The notes under the pieces: model-generated | The model's input: only the letters and a program-made list of their open reading frames with translations | The model's database searches: none | What the model was told of the DNA's origin: nothing | NCBI GenBank assembly: GCA_038044205.1 | Contig: JBBTAN010000017.1 | Location: 104,452 to 168,451, forward strand | DNA from: Nanobdellota archaeon | GTDB taxonomy: Archaea > Nanobdellota > Nanobdellia > Pacearchaeales > GW2011-AR1 | Direction: 5' to 3' | Length of the DNA: 64,000 nt | Shown: positions 31,815 through 41,901 of the stretch, one piece after another | Position numbering within the stretch: position 1 is the first letter of the stretch | Layout of the letters: every line of letters starts with the position of its first letter | Translations under genes and position numbers: made by a program

Positions 31815-32045
31815 ATGGCAAATTTACAGGAATTTAATGATTATTTAGTAGAAAATAATCTAACATCAAAAGTTACTGGTCTTGGTGTTGGAAAAGGTGA
31901 TGATAATAAACCTTGTATTTATATTTTTGTTAGTTCTAAATTGTTAGAAAAGAAAAATAATTTTCCAAATAAGTGGAAATGTTATTCTGTTTTTGTTAAC
32001 TATATGGGAAAAATTAAACCATTAAATAATTTAAAAGATAAATAA
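31815..32045 (+). CDS. hypothetical protein
   Basis: 76 aa. Confidence 0.5.
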   Translation: MANLQEFNDYLVENNLTSKVTGLGVGKGDDNKPCIYIFVSSKLLEKKNNFPNKWKCYSVFVNYMGKIKPLNNLKDK

Positions 32046-32071
32046 AAATATATTTATTATTTATTTATAAT

Positions 32072-32100
32072 AAGGAGACAGAAGTGTCTCCTTATTTTTT
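32072..32100 (+). terminator. rho-independent terminator
   Basis: AAGGAGACA/TGTCTCCTT hairpin plus T7. Confidence 0.65.
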
Positions 32101-32122
32101 AGCATCTGCTTCCATTTTTTAA

Positions 32123-32299
32123 TCAAGTGTAGTAATCAGGAATTTCTGCTAGATGATCAAAAGCTATCTGTCTAGCTAAATCTTTATTTTTTTGTATGTT
32201 CCATCTCGATTTCAATACCATTTTCTAATTCTTTTTTATTTATTTTACTCTCATCGTAATTTAATTCTTCTCCCTTGCCAGATTTTTATACCATCCCAT
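32123..32299 (-). pseudogene. MGWYK-led small gene with EMEHT...DHL.E.P.YY motif, interrupted by two compensating frameshifts at A-runs
   Basis: SD + ATG 32299 gives MGWYKNLAREKN*; middle (EELNYDESKINKKELENGIEIEMEHTKK) in another frame; tail (NKDLARQIAFDHLAEIPDYYT*) back in first frame. Confidence 0.5.
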
Positions 32300-32384
32300 T
32301 AGATTTCTCCTTTATACAAATATATTATTTTATTTTTGTAAAAAATCCTTGTGAAAGATATATAATGAAACTAGGAGATATTGT

Positions 32385-33227
32385 ATGATTATTTGTGGAG
32401 ATAGTTTGACTGTTTTAAAAACTCTAAATACAGAGTTTGTAAATTGTTGTATTACTTCACCACCCTATTACAACCAAAGAGATTACGGTATAGATGGACA
32501 GATAGGTCTAGAACCTGATCCTTATTTATATATTGATAAGTTAGTAGGAGTATTTTCTGAAGTCAAAAGAATATTAAAAGATGATGGGACTCTGTGGTTG
32601 AATATATCAGATACTTATGCGGCAAATAGATCATATCAGGTTCCAAGTACCAAAGGAGGGGTCAAACATGGGCCAGGACAGGCTGCAGGTGGAAGAGGTA
32701 GTAAAGTACCATGCGGGCTAAAGCCAAAAGATTTAATAGGAATTCCTTGGCGCTTGGCTTTTGCTTTACAGGCTGATGGTTGGTATTTGAGGCAGGATTG
32801 TATTTGGGAAAAACCTAATGTTTTTCCTCAATCTGTAAAAGATAGATGCACAACATCTCATGAATATATGTTTTTATTATCTAAATCAGAAAAATATTAT
32901 TTTGATTGTAAAGCTATAGAGGAAAATGGAGCAAAAGGTAAAAGAAATAAGAGATCAGTTTGGTCCATTCCTACGCAACCATCTAAAATAAATCATTGCG
33001 CTATGTTCCCATCTAAATTAATAGAACCTTGTGTTTTGGCTAGTTGTCCTATTGATGGAGTTGTCCTTGATCCTTTTGCTGGATCGGGAACAACTGGTCA
33101 AGTAGCTATAGAAAACAAAAGAAAATATATTTTAATTGAGTTGAATCCTGAATATATTAAATATATAGAAGAGAGATTAAATATAAGTAAACCTGAAGTA
33201 AAAGATAACATAGAGGGGATTAGATAA
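32385..33227 (+). CDS. DNA methyltransferase (beta-class N4-cytosine/N6-adenine, SPPY type)
   Basis: CCITSPPYY motif IV near N-terminus, DPFAGSGTTG motif I near C-terminus. Confidence 0.8.
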   Translation: MIICGDSLTVLKTLNTEFVNCCITSPPYYNQRDYGIDGQIGLEPDPYLYIDKLVGVFSEVKRILKDDGTLWLNISDTYAANRSYQVPSTKGGVKHGPGQAAGGRGSKVPCGLKPKDLIGIPWRLAFALQADGWYLRQDCIWEKPNVFPQSVKDRCTTSHEYMFLLSKSEKYYFDCKAIEENGAKGKRNKRSVWSIPTQPSKINHCAMFPSKLIEPCVLASCPIDGVVLDPFAGSGTTGQVAIENKRKYILIELNPEYIKYIEERLNISKPEVKDNIEGIR

Positions 33228-33242
33228 TTATAGGAGATTTTT

Positions 33243-35099
33243 ATGGCGGATTTTTATAGTGATGAATTGTGCAAATCAAGAGTTAATTGTTTTAGCTGCA
33301 GGACTAATAAAAACTGGCGCAGATGGCTTTTGAGTCAAAAGAAAGTAGATGTTGAGGATTTCGAATGTATTCCATTAAAACTTGCTATGGATGCTAAATT
33401 AGAAGAAATGCCAGAACCAACGCAAAAGAAAGAAAATAATATAAAAAGGATGGAGGACGTAAGGAAGAATCTTCCTGCTTTGATTCAGGTATTAAAGCAG
33501 ACTCTTCCTTCGGAGTATGAGGGAGTAGTAGAGGATATAGAATTTATTACAAATCCTCATGGTGGTTCTGCTAAAGTTTGCGAATATATGAAAGTAACAA
33601 ATAAAAAAGTAAAAAGGGATGATTGCAAGTGTAAAACATTTCTAGTTGATTGCAAGCATCCAGATCCTGAAGTTCATAAAATAGTAGATGGAGTAGCTAT
33701 TACTATGACATGTAGAATTGATAAATGTAAATGGTTTACTCCTAAACCAGATGATGTAGTTGATGTAAAAGATTTCATTAAACCTGTCAATGTTGTTGCT
33801 CCAACTGTTTTCTCTCCTCCTCCTTTTGATACTTCTAAACCTGATATTGTTCCTACTGTTATTACTTCTTCTGTTCCTCCTGTTGTTATGTTGACAGAAA
33901 AGGAAGTAAAGAGTCCTAAAAATACAGATAAAATGGATTATGCTCGTATAAGGCATGGCAGAGAAAAAGATGTTGGTTTTTTAACTGGTAAATATATACA
34001 AACACCTCCTCTTTTATTTTCTCGTGATTGTCATAATATCTGGTTAGGAGATATGTATAGGGGAGGTTCAGCATTTTTAATTTTAAGTGGTCCTTCTTTT
34101 GCAAATGTAAATAAAGAATTATTACTTGGAAATAGTAAAAGACCAAGGATGTTGACGTTAGGAGTCAATAATAGTGTTAAAACATATCGTCCTGATATGT
34201 GGACTTGTGTGGATAGGCCAGATAGTTTTATTAAATCAATATGGGTAGATCCAGGAATAATGAAATTTACTCCTATATGTCATTCTGAAAAATTTATTTT
34301 TGATAGTGATAAATGGGAAATGACAAATATTAAAGTTGGAGATTGTCCTAATGTTTGGTATTATAGAAGAAATGAATATTTTAGACCAGAGAATTTTTTG
34401 TATGAAGATACAATAAATTGGGGTAATCATAGTAAGGCAGAAGAAGATGGTGGTGGTAGAAGTATAATGCTTGCTTCTATTCGTATATTATTTTATTTAG
34501 GAATAAGAAATATATTTTTATTAGGTTGTGATTTCAAAATGGATAGTAATTATACGTATCATTTTGAACAGAATCGTGCTGGAGGTAGTGTAAATGGAAA
34601 TACAAGCACTTATGAAAAGTTAAAAGATAGATTTAATAAAATATTGCCTATATTTAAACAGAATGGTTTAAATATATATAATTGTAATCCAGATTCAGGA
34701 TTGAAAGTATTTCCTTTTATTTCTGTAGAAGAAGCAGTTAAAATAGCGACAGTAGATTTCCCTGAAGATTTATCTAAAGAGAGAACGGAAGGTCTTTATG
34801 ATCGCGAGGCAAAAGAAAAAGAGAAAAAGAAAAAAGAAAGTGTAAGTCCTGTTGATGGAAAGGTTTACACTGAAGAAGAAAAAACAAATATAAAAAATAA
34901 ATTAGATGAAGCAAGAGGTAAGTTGAGGGTTAGTAAAGAATCAGTTGCTTCATATAAATTGACAGAGATGAAAGAAATTGATAAAGTAGAATGGAATAAA
35001 AAATTAGAGGAATTAGAAGCTGATGTATTGAAATATCGTGCTGAATTTAGGACCATAGAGGCCGAGAAAAATAAGATCTGGGGCATCGTTAAAAAATAG
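33243..35099 (+). CDS. large protein with DUF115/MptE-like (Maf-type glycosyltransferase-like) core and C-terminal coiled coil
   Basis: GGSAFLILSGPSF...PDMWTCVD...GGRSIMLASIRILFYLGIRNIFLLGCDF patterns; call from memory of family motifs. Confidence 0.45.
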   Translation: MADFYSDELCKSRVNCFSCRTNKNWRRWLLSQKKVDVEDFECIPLKLAMDAKLEEMPEPTQKKENNIKRMEDVRKNLPALIQVLKQTLPSEYEGVVEDIEFITNPHGGSAKVCEYMKVTNKKVKRDDCKCKTFLVDCKHPDPEVHKIVDGVAITMTCRIDKCKWFTPKPDDVVDVKDFIKPVNVVAPTVFSPPPFDTSKPDIVPTVITSSVPPVVMLTEKEVKSPKNTDKMDYARIRHGREKDVGFLTGKYIQTPPLLFSRDCHNIWLGDMYRGGSAFLILSGPSFANVNKELLLGNSKRPRMLTLGVNNSVKTYRPDMWTCVDRPDSFIKSIWVDPGIMKFTPICHSEKFIFDSDKWEMTNIKVGDCPNVWYYRRNEYFRPENFLYEDTINWGNHSKAEEDGGGRSIMLASIRILFYLGIRNIFLLGCDFKMDSNYTYHFEQNRAGGSVNGNTSTYEKLKDRFNKILPIFKQNGLNIYNCNPDSGLKVFPFISVEEAVKIATVDFPEDLSKERTEGLYDREAKEKEKKKKESVSPVDGKVYTEEEKTNIKNKLDEARGKLRVSKESVASYKLTEMKEIDKVEWNKKLEELEADVLKYRAEFRTIEAEKNKIWGIVKK

Positions 35100-35108
35100 G
35101 AGTTGTTT

Positions 35109-35816
35109 TTGTTCTCAATTAATTTAGAATTAAATGTAACATTAAAATGTAATTGCAAGTGTTTATATTGTAATAGATGTTGTAATTTATTTGATTACGA
35201 AGATTCAGATATGATTCCTGAACAAATAATTAAATTAGGTGAGCAATTAAAATCAAAAGAGATTTATATAAAGAAAATAAAAATAGTTGGCGGTGAGCCT
35301 TTATTAAATCCTAATATTATAGATATAGTTGAAGAATTAGATAAATTAAAAACAGAAGGTTTAATTGGATATATAAAGATAAATACAAATACTACAATTC
35401 CTGTTCCTGATGGACTTAGGAAATATAATATGAGATGGTTAGGTAGTAGTAAAAAGAAAAAGAAACATATTCCATTTCCTTATTCTCTTTTAGATTGTGG
35501 ATTAGAGCCAGAAAAATGTAATATTCCAAATGGTTGTGGTTTATCTTTGGATAAATGGGGATTTCTTCCTTGTTCTCCAGCCATACCATTAGTTCGCATA
35601 TTAAACAAACCAGAATTATATTCTAAAACAGTTCCATCTAATATTTATTTTATTAAAGAGTTATGTTCTCATTGTTCTCATGCTATGCCAGCAAATTGGA
35701 AAAAAGATAATATGTCTTTTGGATTGAAAGATAATAATATTTGTCCAACGAAGACTATGGTAGAAGGCATAAAAAAATATAATTCTGAATTTGATAAAAA
35801 ATTGGAGATATATTAA
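35109..35816 (+). CDS. small radical SAM protein (paralogous in architecture to 21426..22046)
   Basis: CNCKCLYC = CX3CX2C, VGGEPLL; TTG start 6 nt after AGGAG. Confidence 0.7.
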   Translation: MFSINLELNVTLKCNCKCLYCNRCCNLFDYEDSDMIPEQIIKLGEQLKSKEIYIKKIKIVGGEPLLNPNIIDIVEELDKLKTEGLIGYIKINTNTTIPVPDGLRKYNMRWLGSSKKKKKHIPFPYSLLDCGLEPEKCNIPNGCGLSLDKWGFLPCSPAIPLVRILNKPELYSKTVPSNIYFIKELCSHCSHAMPANWKKDNMSFGLKDNNICPTKTMVEGIKKYNSEFDKKLEIY

Positions 35817-36563
35817 ATGTCAGATATTGAAATTCATACTATGCTTTACGGATTTCAGAAGAGATTTTGGTGGCAATTATCAAGTTTAATTGAGCAGGAG
35901 AACGGTCCAAAGTTGTCTTATGTAATTAGTTTACATAATAAAGATCCTTGGTTTAGTTGGAATGAAAAAATAATAAATACATTTAGTAGATATATTTCTA
36001 TTAATTCTATTATTTGGGATGATGACATGTTTGGTATTAGGGGTCAGGTGAGAAATAAGAGTATGTTATCATGTAAATCTTCTTGGATAGTATTTAATGA
36101 TGCTGACATGATTTATCCTAAAGATTTTTTTAATAAATTTTGGGTAGGATTAGGTAGAATACCAGATGAGCATAGGGTAATAGGAACTGGAAGGAAGACA
36201 GTGTTGAAGGTAGAAGATGCCGATAAATTGATAGAATCAGAGAAATATGATTTGCCTATAAATAATTCTTTTAATAAATGTTCTAATCTTATTCTTAGAA
36301 ATATTACTGGCGCTTATGGAGTTGGATTTTTTCAATGCGTCAATGTAGAAAATTATAGAAAATATCAAGCAGAGAATGGTAGAGATGGGTCTTATGTTGG
36401 AGAATATAAAAGAGATTGGAGTATTTTGAGTGATAAGCCCCATACAAGAACAAATAGTGATAGGTGTTTTCGCATTAGGGCTGGAGGTGCAATTGCAATA
36501 CCTGATATTTTTGCTATTCATCTACAGCATTTTAGAGGACCAGCTAACGGGGTGCAACGATGA
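35817..36563 (+). CDS. putative GT-A fold glycosyltransferase
   Basis: IVFNDADMIYP (DxD); TAAATG coupling. Confidence 0.4.
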   Translation: MSDIEIHTMLYGFQKRFWWQLSSLIEQENGPKLSYVISLHNKDPWFSWNEKIINTFSRYISINSIIWDDDMFGIRGQVRNKSMLSCKSSWIVFNDADMIYPKDFFNKFWVGLGRIPDEHRVIGTGRKTVLKVEDADKLIESEKYDLPINNSFNKCSNLILRNITGAYGVGFFQCVNVENYRKYQAENGRDGSYVGEYKRDWSILSDKPHTRTNSDRCFRIRAGGAIAIPDIFAIHLQHFRGPANGVQR

Positions 36564-37180
36564 AATTATTAAAAGGGTGCCACAATTTATTAAATGAAGT
36601 AGTAAAAAATGATTTCTATAAAGTCAGAGTTTTCCGTCGTAGGGTTCCAGAGACTTTTGTTGATATTGGCGCTAATGTTGGCATGTTTTCCATAATGGTT
36701 AGATTTTTATTTCCTAATTCAAGAATTATTGCTATTGAACCTGACCCTAATAATTATGCTGCATTGGTGGATAATTGTTCTGGTCTTGAGATTGAGACGG
36801 TAAATGTAGCTATTGCCGATGGAAAGCCAGTGCAGATGATAGGAAGTCGTTCTACGTGTAAAAGAGTTGAATCGTCAGATATTGGGATTCCAAGTATAAT
36901 ATTTTCAGATTTAGTTAAGATGGTTAAATCTCCATTAAGTAAAACATATTTAAAATTTGATTGTGAAGGTGGAGAAAAATATTTTTTATCAGATCCAGTT
37001 AATGTATCTAAATTATGGGAATTTCAAGCTGTTGGTGCTGAATTGCATCCAGCATGGCTAACTCAAATACAATGGGATAGTTGGTCGGCTCTTTTGAAAC
37101 AGGAAGCTAGTAAATTTGGGTCAATTGATATAAAACTCGTTAAGAAAAATGCTGTTCTAATATATTTTCGGAGAAAATAA
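36560..37180 (+). CDS. FkbM-family methyltransferase
   Basis: FVDIGANVGMFS ... IIAIEPDPNNY; ATGA overlap. Confidence 0.6.
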   Translation: MKLLKGCHNLLNEVVKNDFYKVRVFRRRVPETFVDIGANVGMFSIMVRFLFPNSRIIAIEPDPNNYAALVDNCSGLEIETVNVAIADGKPVQMIGSRSTCKRVESSDIGIPSIIFSDLVKMVKSPLSKTYLKFDCEGGEKYFLSDPVNVSKLWEFQAVGAELHPAWLTQIQWDSWSALLKQEASKFGSIDIKLVKKNAVLIYFRRK

Positions 37181-37668
37181 TGAGTTGTTCAAAACATTTA
37201 AATAAATTTCCAAATGATATATTTATTGAAACTGGATCTTTAGTTGGAAAAGGTATAAAAAATGCTTTAAAGTATGGATTTAAAGAAATTCATTCTATAG
37301 AAATTTTAAAAACTAATTATGATATATGTGTTAAATTATTTAAAGATGATAAGAGAGTGAATTTATATTTAGGAGATAGTGCGGAAACTCTTCCTTATGT
37401 ATTAAAAAATATAAAAAATAAAGTAACTTTTTTACTTGATGCTCATGGTCCATGTTTTAAATGTCCTATATTAAAAGAATTAAAAATTATATTAGATCAT
37501 TCTAATTTAATAGGGGTGAAACATACAATAATAATAGATGATGCTAAATATTTTAATGGTAAGCGAGAAGATTTTGGATTTTTAAATATTGCCGATGTAA
37601 AAGAAATAGTTAATAAATATCCTTTATATATTTTTAATAATAATAAAAAATATATAACAATTCTATAA
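37180..37668 (+). CDS. putative class I SAM-dependent methyltransferase-like protein
   Basis: IETGS.VGKG...SIE...LGDS pattern; TAATG overlap. Confidence 0.35.
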   Translation: MSCSKHLNKFPNDIFIETGSLVGKGIKNALKYGFKEIHSIEILKTNYDICVKLFKDDKRVNLYLGDSAETLPYVLKNIKNKVTFLLDAHGPCFKCPILKELKIILDHSNLIGVKHTIIIDDAKYFNGKREDFGFLNIADVKEIVNKYPLYIFNNNKKYITIL

Positions 37669-37685
37669 TATATTGGAGTGATGAA

Positions 37686-39275
37686 ATGAGATCAAGAGGA
37701 GTATTATATTACAACATTGGTAGGAAATGCCTATCTCGTCTTGGAGTTTCAATTTTCAGTTTAAGAAAACATTACAGTGGACCTGTGACAGTTATATGGA
37801 GCGGGAAAGAAAGTGGAAATGAATGTAAAAAATTATTGAATTCTCCATTAGATATTAATTTAGTTGAAATGAAATCAGATGTATCTGAAGGTTTCCATAA
37901 AGCTTTTATGGATAAGACGTTAGTTCATACTGTCACTCCATACGATACAAGTATTTTTCTTGATACTGATACTTTAGTTGTTGGTAAAATTGATGAGTTG
38001 TTTGATTACGCTGAAGAATATGAATTTATATGTACTCAATTCTCGGATTGGGTAACTACTGGAAGAGCTATGGCCGGAAGAATACAGCAATTCAATGGAT
38101 TAGATCCACTTGCAGTAAAAGAAGCATTAAAACCAGGTCCAGGTCTAAATGTTGGTGTTTATTCCTTTATTAAAGAATCTAAGTTTATGGCTGATTGGAA
38201 TAAATTAACAATGCCAGGAAGAAATTTCAATCTTCCTGAAGAATCAGCATGTATGGTTTATAGGCATAGATATCCCCATAAAGTTGTTGACCAAAAATTC
38301 AATTGTTCTTGTAGATATAGTAATACTCATAATCCAGATATAAGAATTATACATTATCATGGAGATAAACATTGCCGAAATACAAATAATAAATTTATTT
38401 ATTCTGCTGATTTATGGATGAATCATTATGAAGAGATAATGAGCAATAAAATACCAGGTTTAGTTCAATTGGTTCAGGATAATAGTAATTATGATAAATT
38501 TTTAAAAAGATTAAAGAAACCAATTATAGAAGTTCCTAAAATAGAAATTCCTAAAGTTCCTGATTTTAAAACACCTGATATTACATTGGTTACTGCCGTT
38601 ACAGAAGAATATCTCCCTATATTAAAACTAACATATAAAACATGGGATCTGAAAAGTTGTTTAAAGAATGCTCCTATTCTTATTTTTTCTCATGGATTAT
38701 CCAGTAAACATGATTTCGATTTTCTAAAACCAAGAAATTATAGAATAGTTGATTGGGATATGCCTAAATATGATAGCCAAAGAGAATTAATGTTATCTTC
38801 TTTTGTATTAGGATCTGCTAAATATGTAGAGACTCCTTATTGGATGAAATTAGATTCAGATAGTTTTTTCCATAATGATAATCCATTATTTGAAAAAGAA
38901 GATTTCGATTATGATTTAGTAGCTCCTTCGTGGGGTGTATCAAGAACTGAATTTATTATTGCAATGGATAAATGGGCTGAAGTTCATTGTTTTTCTGGAG
39001 AACCATTTTTCAAAGATGGGATTCCTGATGTTGTAAAATATAAACATAATAGATTTATTTCTTATTTATGTTTGCACAGGTCAGAATTTGTCCGTACAAG
39101 TGCTGCAATGTCCCCAGGACGGCTTCCGATACCTAGTCATGACTCATACCTATGGTATCTTTTATATCGCTTTGGCGGTAAGTATAAAACAAAAAGAAGT
39201 CATAAGTTTAGTGTTGTGCAGAAGAGAGGTTTAAAAAACGTAAGAGAAACGATGATAAAATTAAAATTATTATAA
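37686..39275 (+). CDS. two-domain nucleotide-sugar glycosyltransferase (GT8-like N-domain)
   Basis: IFLDTDTLVVGKIDELF (DxD) and second MKLDSDSFF. Confidence 0.5.
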   Translation: MRSRGVLYYNIGRKCLSRLGVSIFSLRKHYSGPVTVIWSGKESGNECKKLLNSPLDINLVEMKSDVSEGFHKAFMDKTLVHTVTPYDTSIFLDTDTLVVGKIDELFDYAEEYEFICTQFSDWVTTGRAMAGRIQQFNGLDPLAVKEALKPGPGLNVGVYSFIKESKFMADWNKLTMPGRNFNLPEESACMVYRHRYPHKVVDQKFNCSCRYSNTHNPDIRIIHYHGDKHCRNTNNKFIYSADLWMNHYEEIMSNKIPGLVQLVQDNSNYDKFLKRLKKPIIEVPKIEIPKVPDFKTPDITLVTAVTEEYLPILKLTYKTWDLKSCLKNAPILIFSHGLSSKHDFDFLKPRNYRIVDWDMPKYDSQRELMLSSFVLGSAKYVETPYWMKLDSDSFFHNDNPLFEKEDFDYDLVAPSWGVSRTEFIIAMDKWAEVHCFSGEPFFKDGIPDVVKYKHNRFISYLCLHRSEFVRTSAAMSPGRLPIPSHDSYLWYLLYRFGGKYKTKRSHKFSVVQKRGLKNVRETMIKLKLL

Positions 39276-39278
39276 AAA

Positions 39279-39307
39279 GAAAAGGCGCAAATAATTTGCG
39301 CCTTTTC
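39279..39307. terminator. bidirectional terminator between convergent genes
   Basis: 13-bp stem GAAAAGGCGCAAA/TTTGCGCCTTTTC. Confidence 0.65.
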
Positions 39308-39336
39308 TAGGAGGAGGGATCGGGCGAGGTGAAATA

Positions 39337-39798
39337 TTAAAAATTTTCTAACATGGCTTTTACATAAGCATCTGGGTAAAGTTGTTTCCAATAAGAACCT
39401 AAGAAAGTTTTTTGTGCAGGAGTAAGTTTAGAAATTTTCTGGAAATTTTGAGGTTGTGTGCTTGCATGGCAAGAAGCAGAAGAAGGTTTTGAATCTTCTT
39501 CTTTCTTCTTGGGCTGAATCTTTTTACCACATTTAGGGCATGTAGTTTTCCCATTTTTTTCGCACTGACATTTTTCTCCGCAAGGACAACTAATTGCAAT
39601 TTTAATTGTTTTATCTGTTTTTGCTGTAACAGTTTCAGGCTTGATTTCTGTTGCATTTGTAGTTGTTTCAGTTGGTTTAACTTCTGTAGTTGGTGCAGGA
39701 GTATCTTCTATTTTTGGTGCTTCTGCAACTTTATTAATAGATTTTAATACTTCATCTACTGATTTTACTTTACCTAAATGAATCCTATTCGCAAACAT
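39337..39798 (-). CDS. hypothetical protein with Cys cluster
   Basis: 153 aa, AAGGAG SD; CPCGEKCQCEKNGKTTCPKCG. Confidence 0.6.
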   Translation of the reverse strand: MFANRIHLGKVKSVDEVLKSINKVAEAPKIEDTPAPTTEVKPTETTTNATEIKPETVTAKTDKTIKIAISCPCGEKCQCEKNGKTTCPKCGKKIQPKKKEEDSKPSSASCHASTQPQNFQKISKLTPAQKTFLGSYWKQLYPDAYVKAMLENF

Positions 39799-39896
39799 TT
39801 CTAAACTCCTTAATCCTTTTAATAAAACAAAAAATAAATTAACTATTTATATATTACAAATTTATTTTGTTTTTCCTTTATTTATTTTTCTTTTAT

Positions 39897-41057
39897 TTAT
39901 GGAATTGGATTTCCAATAACGAATGCTGGATTGTTTAATGCGGCTGCTATTCGATCAATAGCACCTTTAGTAGTTGTTGGTGCTGTATCAACCCATTTAG
40001 TTGGATCGGAATCATATGTGGTATTAGCTGGTCCAGTTGGTCCTGTAGTTCCTTGTGGTCCTGTAGGACCAGTAAATCCTATTTCACCTGATATTATTGT
40101 TGTTTGTATATAAGAGGAATTTGTTATTCCTGCCATATATACTGTTACATTAAAAGAAGCAGTCCCAGAAACACGAGTTGCTGAAACTTTAAATACAATT
40201 CTATCAGTAGTTAAAAGTGCATACCCAGTATCGTCAGTATATGACCATATGATTTCAGTTATATTAGTAGTTCCAGTATGATTCGGAGAATAGCCGCTTC
40301 TTAATAATGTTTCACTTCCGACTGAATCTCTTTTATATAAATCTACTTTTATTTTAGAAACACCACCATTAGTAGAATTAGCGATATGAAAATGCCTAAA
40401 TGCAGTTCCTGCTGGTAAATCAAGAACATTTGCTCCAGTTGTGGGATAGGTAATATAGGAAGCAACTGCAACATCAGAAGTTCCACTAACTGTTACCGTG
40501 AAAGTTGATTCACCTCCGGGAGATGGAGATTGAAGTGATTGATAATATCCTCCAACATCAGCAGCAACATTAGTAAGATAATATATTTTTCCAGCATCAC
40601 CACCTTGTGGCCCAGTTGGGCCAGTGGTTCCTTGTGCTCCTGTACTACCTACAGAACCAGTTAACCCTGTAATCCCTTGTGGTCCAGTAGGTCCTGTACT
40701 ACCAGTAATTCCGATAGGACCAGTTGATCCAATCGGGCCTGTAGTTCCTATTCCCTGTGGTCCAGTTGCTCCTGTATTTCCTACCACTGAAGGACCAGTT
40801 GGCCCTGTTGGTCCACTTGGTCCTGTAGCACCAGAAATTACTGTACCTTGAAATTCTTTTTCAGTTACATTGCTGGCCAGATCAGAGTAAAAAGAATTGA
40901 TTTGTACTTTATTTTGTGATACAGCAATCATAAGACTAGTAGAGTTAGCAAATTTATCATCTACTTTCATAGTTACATTAGGATTCAATACAAGAAATAA
41001 TCCTTTTAGGTTATCTGATACATCTAATATAGTATTTGTCAAATTTGTAACTATCAT
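39897..41057 (-). CDS. collagen-like (G-X-Y) fibre protein
   Basis: long GxTGPxGPTGP tracts; N-terminal MIVxN...(L/V)D(V/I)SD domain shared with 49192 and 54391 genes. Confidence 0.8.
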   Translation of the reverse strand: MIVTNLTNTILDVSDNLKGLFLVLNPNVTMKVDDKFANSTSLMIAVSQNKVQINSFYSDLASNVTEKEFQGTVISGATGPSGPTGPTGPSVVGNTGATGPQGIGTTGPIGSTGPIGITGSTGPTGPQGITGLTGSVGSTGAQGTTGPTGPQGGDAGKIYYLTNVAADVGGYYQSLQSPSPGGESTFTVTVSGTSDVAVASYITYPTTGANVLDLPAGTAFRHFHIANSTNGGVSKIKVDLYKRDSVGSETLLRSGYSPNHTGTTNITEIIWSYTDDTGYALLTTDRIVFKVSATRVSGTASFNVTVYMAGITNSSYIQTTIISGEIGFTGPTGPQGTTGPTGPANTTYDSDPTKWVDTAPTTTKGAIDRIAAALNNPAFVIGNPIP

Positions 41058-41156
41058 TTATTATTACCTTCCAATAAAAATATATTATCTCAAACGTATT
41101 GGTTCTTTATCTTTTTTGTAACTATTTTATATATTATATATTACTTATAGGAAATA

Positions 41157-41190
41157 AAAAATCCTCTATAAATATACTATAGAGGATTTT
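41157..41190 (-). terminator. terminator for 41223..41732
   Basis: AAAATCCTCTATA/TATAGAGGATTTT hairpin. Confidence 0.55.
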
Positions 41191-41222
41191 ATTGAAATTA
41201 AATATATTTTTCTTTTTGTTTT

Positions 41223-41732
41223 TTAGAAGAAAAGTCCAAAAGAAAAATGATTGCGGTGATTATAGTAGGAGTAGCGCATATAGACAGGTTCAGGTTGTAG
41301 ATAAACAGGTTGAATAACTACAGGGGCTGGTTGTACAATAAGTGAAGTGGGAGTAAGAACTGTTGGGACAGGAGTGGTTGCAGGAACAGGTGTGACGGTA
41401 GGTGCTGGAGTTGTAGGAGCAACCGCAGCGGCAGGAGTAGGTTGAACAACAATTGGATCAGGCTGTATAGTATAAACAATAACAGGAGTAGGAATAACCT
41501 CTACAACTGTCGCGGGTTCGTAATAATAAACTCCACCGATGATGTATGGCCTATAACGATAGGTTTGTCTATAACTATACTGATAAGCTGGTCTATAAGC
41601 AGGAGCAAACATTGGTCCGTGACGCATAGGAGCGAAACCTTGATGACCACCAGACGGCCTAAAACTTTGATGTCCAGCAAATAAAGAAGTAGACACAAGT
41701 AAACAAACAACAATTGCAAGTACTTGGCGCAT
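41223..41732 (-). CDS. secreted Pro/Tyr/Val-rich protein
   Basis: signal-peptide-like MRQVLAIVVCLLVSTSLFA; strong SD; higher G+C than flanks. Confidence 0.6.
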   Translation of the reverse strand: MRQVLAIVVCLLVSTSLFAGHQSFRPSGGHQGFAPMRHGPMFAPAYRPAYQYSYRQTYRYRPYIIGGVYYYEPATVVEVIPTPVIVYTIQPDPIVVQPTPAAAVAPTTPAPTVTPVPATTPVPTVLTPTSLIVQPAPVVIQPVYLQPEPVYMRYSYYNHRNHFSFGLFF

Positions 41733-41901
41733 TCTTTTTTCTCCTTATAAAAAAGTTTTCTACTATAATTGTAGACGAAAAATAAAAATTAAATATCTAT
41801 AATTATTTTTTGTTTTTTTTGCAGGAAAAAATTATATGATGGACAATAAGATAACATGTTGTTATTTATTTTTTCTTTTTTAACGAAAGGAATATTTTCA
41901 A

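Noticed and set aside
35097-35111. In-frame TAG between the 618-aa ORF and the radical SAM ORF as readthrough or a fusion
   Set aside because: AGGAG overlaps the stop with a TTG at ideal spacing (35109). The radical SAM N-terminus is complete and typical, so these are ordinary adjacent genes.
39931-41121. + strand ORFs opposite the collagen-like gene (39931..40113, 40624..40851, 40897..41121)
   Set aside because: They are Pro/Val/Gly-rich antisense artefacts of the G-X-Y coding repeats.
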